The notes beneath the pieces were generated by a model. The model saw only the letters and a list, made by a program, of their open reading frames with translations, was not told where the DNA came from and searched no databases. DNA of 64,000 nt from an uncultured Chthonomonadaceae bacterium (GTDB lineage Bacteria; Armatimonadota; Chthonomonadetes; Chthonomonadales; Chthonomonadaceae). Position 1 is the stretch's first letter. Each line of letters opens with the position of its first letter. This document shows positions 61,159 to 64,000 of the stretch, piece by piece. Both the position numbers and the translations under genes were made by a program. Location: NCBI GenBank assembly GCA_963835065.1, contig CAWIEK010000002.1:1-64000 (forward strand). Reading direction: 5' to 3'.

Positions 61159-61527
61159 ATGATTGCCGAATGGACGCCGCCAGGATGGGTGTATAATTGT
61201 TTTCCCCTGCCTGCGCCTGATACGGAAGTGGTCACGCTGGATTATATTGTGGCTGCCATGTACGCAGAAATAGACCGGTGTACGGAGTGGGACAGCGCGC
61301 CGCTTGGAAGAGTGCTGCACGTCGCCCACATGCTGGTCAGTTATCAAGGGGCGGATGGACTATGGGCGGCGGCGCTGAACCTGCGCACAGGCGAAGAAAA
61401 AACATTGGCGCGCAGCCATGCTCCACGCGATTTCATGCGCCGTTTGAACGAAATTCTTGATTCAACAGAGTTCGATATTCCAATTCGCCGTATCGAAGCA
61501 GGAATATCCGCGCAGAAAACAGAATAA
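61159..61527 (+). CDS. Hypothetical protein
   Basis: 122-aa ORF whose SD (GAGG) comes from the repeat end. Confidence 0.55.
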   Translation: MIAEWTPPGWVYNCFPLPAPDTEVVTLDYIVAAMYAEIDRCTEWDSAPLGRVLHVAHMLVSYQGADGLWAAALNLRTGEEKTLARSHAPRDFMRRLNEILDSTEFDIPIRRIEAGISAQKTE

Positions 61528-61672
61528 CCATTCAGAACAATTTAACAACTGCGGTGTCAAAGGGAATGAACACCCTGATTGACCCATGTTTTCTCTGAAG
61601 GTTCTTTTCTGGATTCTTTCCTACGGAGTGTTTTGTAAGCCGCGCCTGAAAGCGCAAAAGGAGTGTACGCAG

Positions 61673-62734
61673 ATGCAATTCGACGATCAACTCAACCACT
61701 TCAAGCAGCAAAGCAAAGAGTCGCCGCTTTCCCGCCGCGATTTTGTACGCGCGCTTTCCATTGCCGGCGCGGCGGGGCCGGGACTTGTGGCCGCCGGCCT
61801 GACGGGGCTTGCCCTCACGCCTGCACAGCGCGCCGAAGCCGCGGAAGCTATGGCCGAGGGGTTGGGCAAACTTCCCAAAGTGAAATTCGGGACGCGCATG
61901 GGCAACATGATGGTCGCGCCCATCTGCATTTCGCAGGACTGGAGCCGCGAACTGCTGGCTCCCGCCATTGACATCGGCATCAACTTCATTCACAAAGCCG
62001 GGTACTGGAACAACCTGCCCGAAGACATCAAGAAGCTGCCGCGCGAATCCTACTACACCGACATCACGGTAGACACCACCAGCCCCAACCGCGACCCCGA
62101 TAACTTTGACGAAGCCTACAATCAGGTCAAGTCCACGCTGGACAAGAATGGCCTGAAATACTACGATGTGTACCGCGCGCACTATGGCTGGCGCTCGCCC
62201 GACAAGGTGATGAAGGACAACAATACGTCGTACAAGGCGTTCCTGAAACTGAAGAAAGAGGGACTGGTCAAATACTTCGGCGTGTCCCAGCATCCGTATC
62301 ACGGCGGCGTGGATCGCGAATCTCCCATTCCCAGCTACCCGGAAATGATTAACGCCTGTGTCGATTCGGGCATCATTGACTGTATGCAGGTATGGTTCAG
62401 CTACAATGACGACTATACCAAAGAGGTGCAGGACGCCTTTGCCAGAGCCAGCAAAGCCGGCATCGGCATGACCGCCATGAAGATGAACGCGCATGGCCGG
62501 GGCAAGATGGGCAAGGACGTTGAAAAGCAGAAGGAACTCAAAGCGGACGGCATGGTAGGGCGTTCCCTGGTGCGCTACGTCATGACCGCCAAGCGTCCTG
62601 ACGGCAAGCCCATCTTCCATACCTGCGTGTCCGCCCTGCGCAACGAGCAGAACTTCGAGGAAAATGTCGGCGGCGTCAGCGCGAAGGTTGCCATGCTCGA
62701 TGGCTTCAACGGCTACGCGCAAGGGCTTGCCTGA
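61673..62734 (+). CDS. Tat-exported aldo/keto-reductase-like protein
   Basis: SRRDF, LPKV.FG, GIN..H.A..Y, LKKEG.V.YFGVS.H and GIG..AMK. Confidence 0.8.
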   Translation: MQFDDQLNHFKQQSKESPLSRRDFVRALSIAGAAGPGLVAAGLTGLALTPAQRAEAAEAMAEGLGKLPKVKFGTRMGNMMVAPICISQDWSRELLAPAIDIGINFIHKAGYWNNLPEDIKKLPRESYYTDITVDTTSPNRDPDNFDEAYNQVKSTLDKNGLKYYDVYRAHYGWRSPDKVMKDNNTSYKAFLKLKKEGLVKYFGVSQHPYHGGVDRESPIPSYPEMINACVDSGIIDCMQVWFSYNDDYTKEVQDAFARASKAGIGMTAMKMNAHGRGKMGKDVEKQKELKADGMVGRSLVRYVMTAKRPDGKPIFHTCVSALRNEQNFEENVGGVSAKVAMLDGFNGYAQGLA

Positions 62735-62744
62735 TCCTCCAGTA

Positions 62745-62910
62745 TAGGCATTAGGCATTAGGCACTAGGCATTAGATAGTAGGCATTAGGAAGCGGGCAC
62801 AACACTTGTGCCCGCTCCTTTTCGTCTGCTGCAATGCGTACAACAGGCATTAGGCACTAGGGAATGGGCAGCAGTTGCAGTCCTTCTAATGCCTAATGCC
62901 TAATGCCTAA
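62745..62910. repeat. Heptamer inverted repeats enclosing a terminator
   Basis: (AGGCATT)n ... (TAATGCC)n; hairpin AGCGGGCACAA/TTGTGCCCGCT + T run at 62792-62822. Confidence 0.8.
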
Positions 62911-62920
62911 TATCTACCAC

Positions 62921-64000
62921 CTACACCGGTCGTCCGGTCTTGTCGTCAACGTGGTTGCCCGTGATGGTGTCAGCAGCCTTTTCCATGATGCCGCGCGTGT
63001 CGGGAGCGCCGGAGCCGTCTACGGCGTGGCCGCCCGTTTGTACGCCGGGGATGCTGCCTTCAGTGCTTTGCACCGCGCCGGAAGCCGTAGCCGCGATGTC
63101 GCGGGCGGTGTGCCCTGCCGTTGTTCCGGCAGTGCCGAACGTCGTACCCGTTGTAGTGGTCTGTCCGGCGATCTGCTCCACTTCCACATCAGTGCGGCGA
63201 ACGGTGTCGTGAACCGTTTCGGTGCGCTCCGTTGCCTGCTTGCCGACAACCACTTCCTCGACAACGCGGGCTTCTTTGGCGACAACCGGCACTTCCGCCG
63301 TTTCCGTCACTTCAATCACGCCGTCGCGCAGGTTGTTCATTGTTGCCGCGTCTACCGGGCGGTCTACCGCATGGCGCTCCACCGTGACATGCTCTTCGCG
63401 CAGGTTGATGCTTTCCTGAACCGGCGTTTCCGTGACATGGCTGTACACGCGGACGCCGCCGCTCTGCACTTCGCGCTTGCCCAGCGCGATCTGCTCTTCC
63501 ACAACCGGGAGAACCGTTTCGCCTGCCGTGTTTACCGTCTGCGTGGCAATGGGCGCGGTGGCAGTTGTGGTGGTGTTCATGGTTGCGGCAGTGGCAGTGG
63601 TGGCAGCGGCGGCAGCGCCGGGAACATAGCCCTGGCTGCGATACTGCTCTACGCGCTCGTCAATGTTGACCGCGCCATCTTCGCCCAAAATCTCCGCCAC
63701 GCGCTGCGCCTGCTCATCCTGTGAGCGCACGGCCAACAGAATTCCGCCGCGCCGCACGGCCTCGGTATAGTGCTGCGCATCTTCTTCGGGAACGCCGACC
63801 GACGTGAACGCGCCGACAAGTCCGCCGACCGCCGCGCCCGTCGCCGCGCCAAGCAGCATGCCGCCGAGCCAGCCTGCCGTAGCGATCCAGCCAAGTCCGG
63901 GAATAGCAAGCCCGGTCAGGCCAAGCAGCAGTCCCGCGACGCCGCCGATTTCCGCGCCCGCAACCGCGTCGTGGCCGATGGCATGACCGGATACGGACGG
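62921..64000 (-). CDS. YsnF/AvaK (DUF2382) general-stress protein, 5' end outside window
   Basis: IPG.G...AG, GVPEEDA..Y...VRRGG, LPVVEE...GKREV..G.VRV, LREEHV.VER and DTVRRTDVEVE. Confidence 0.88.
   Translation of the reverse strand, partial: PSVSGHAIGHDAVAGAEIGGVAGLLLGLTGLAIPGLGWIATAGWLGGMLLGAATGAAVGGLVGAFTSVGVPEEDAQHYTEAVRRGGILLAVRSQDEQAQRVAEILGEDGAVNIDERVEQYRSQGYVPGAAAAATTATAATMNTTTTATAPIATQTVNTAGETVLPVVEEQIALGKREVQSGGVRVYSHVTETPVQESINLREEHVTVERHAVDRPVDAATMNNLRDGVIEVTETAEVPVVAKEARVVEEVVVGKQATERTETVHDTVRRTDVEVEQIAGQTTTTGTTFGTAGTTAGHTARDIAATASGAVQSTEGSIPGVQTGGHAVDGSGAPDTRGIMEKAADTITGNHVDDKTGRPV

Overview
GC-rich bacterial chromosomal window. By inference it is Armatimonadota-like: it carries DUF1549/DUF1553 and DUF1501 genes, TolB-like secreted paralogues and Firmicute-like promoters. 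Roughly 15 genes have single frameshifts that look like long-read consensus errors. The housekeeping and metabolic backbone comprises purC, an rsmB-like gene, herA, rnhA, pgl, a ferredoxin, a DUF6599-like/DUF362/polyferredoxin run and aldo-keto reductases. It is repeatedly interrupted by accessory cargo: a dead restriction-modification locus cut by an ISKra4-type IS, an EEP-nuclease gene pair, a 3.2-kb toxin-antitoxin islet, two tandem cyclase-STAND(NB-ARC)-TPR genes, HNH, Uma2, HEPN + BolA-like, XisH/XisI and ankyrin genes. Five patterns stand out. (1) An approximately 160-nt element occurs twice (16.4 and 40.8 kb), each copy behind an ECF-type promoter with an SD-sequestered 8-9-codon micro-ORF ending RSP-UGA and a 114-nt core 95% identical between copies; it is a candidate ncRNA or leader. 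(2) A diverged ~75-bp direct repeat, made of a sigma70 promoter plus a 33-nt CRISPR-repeat-like unit, brackets the TA islet. (3) The two NLR-like cyclase genes share a conserved junction ahead of divergent, lower-GC TPR arrays. (4) Heptamer inverted-repeat elements are abundant and several sit in frame inside genes. (5) Nested 8-9-mer inverted repeats and REP-in-MITE composites are also present. No rRNA, tRNA, cas gene or CRISPR array was seen.
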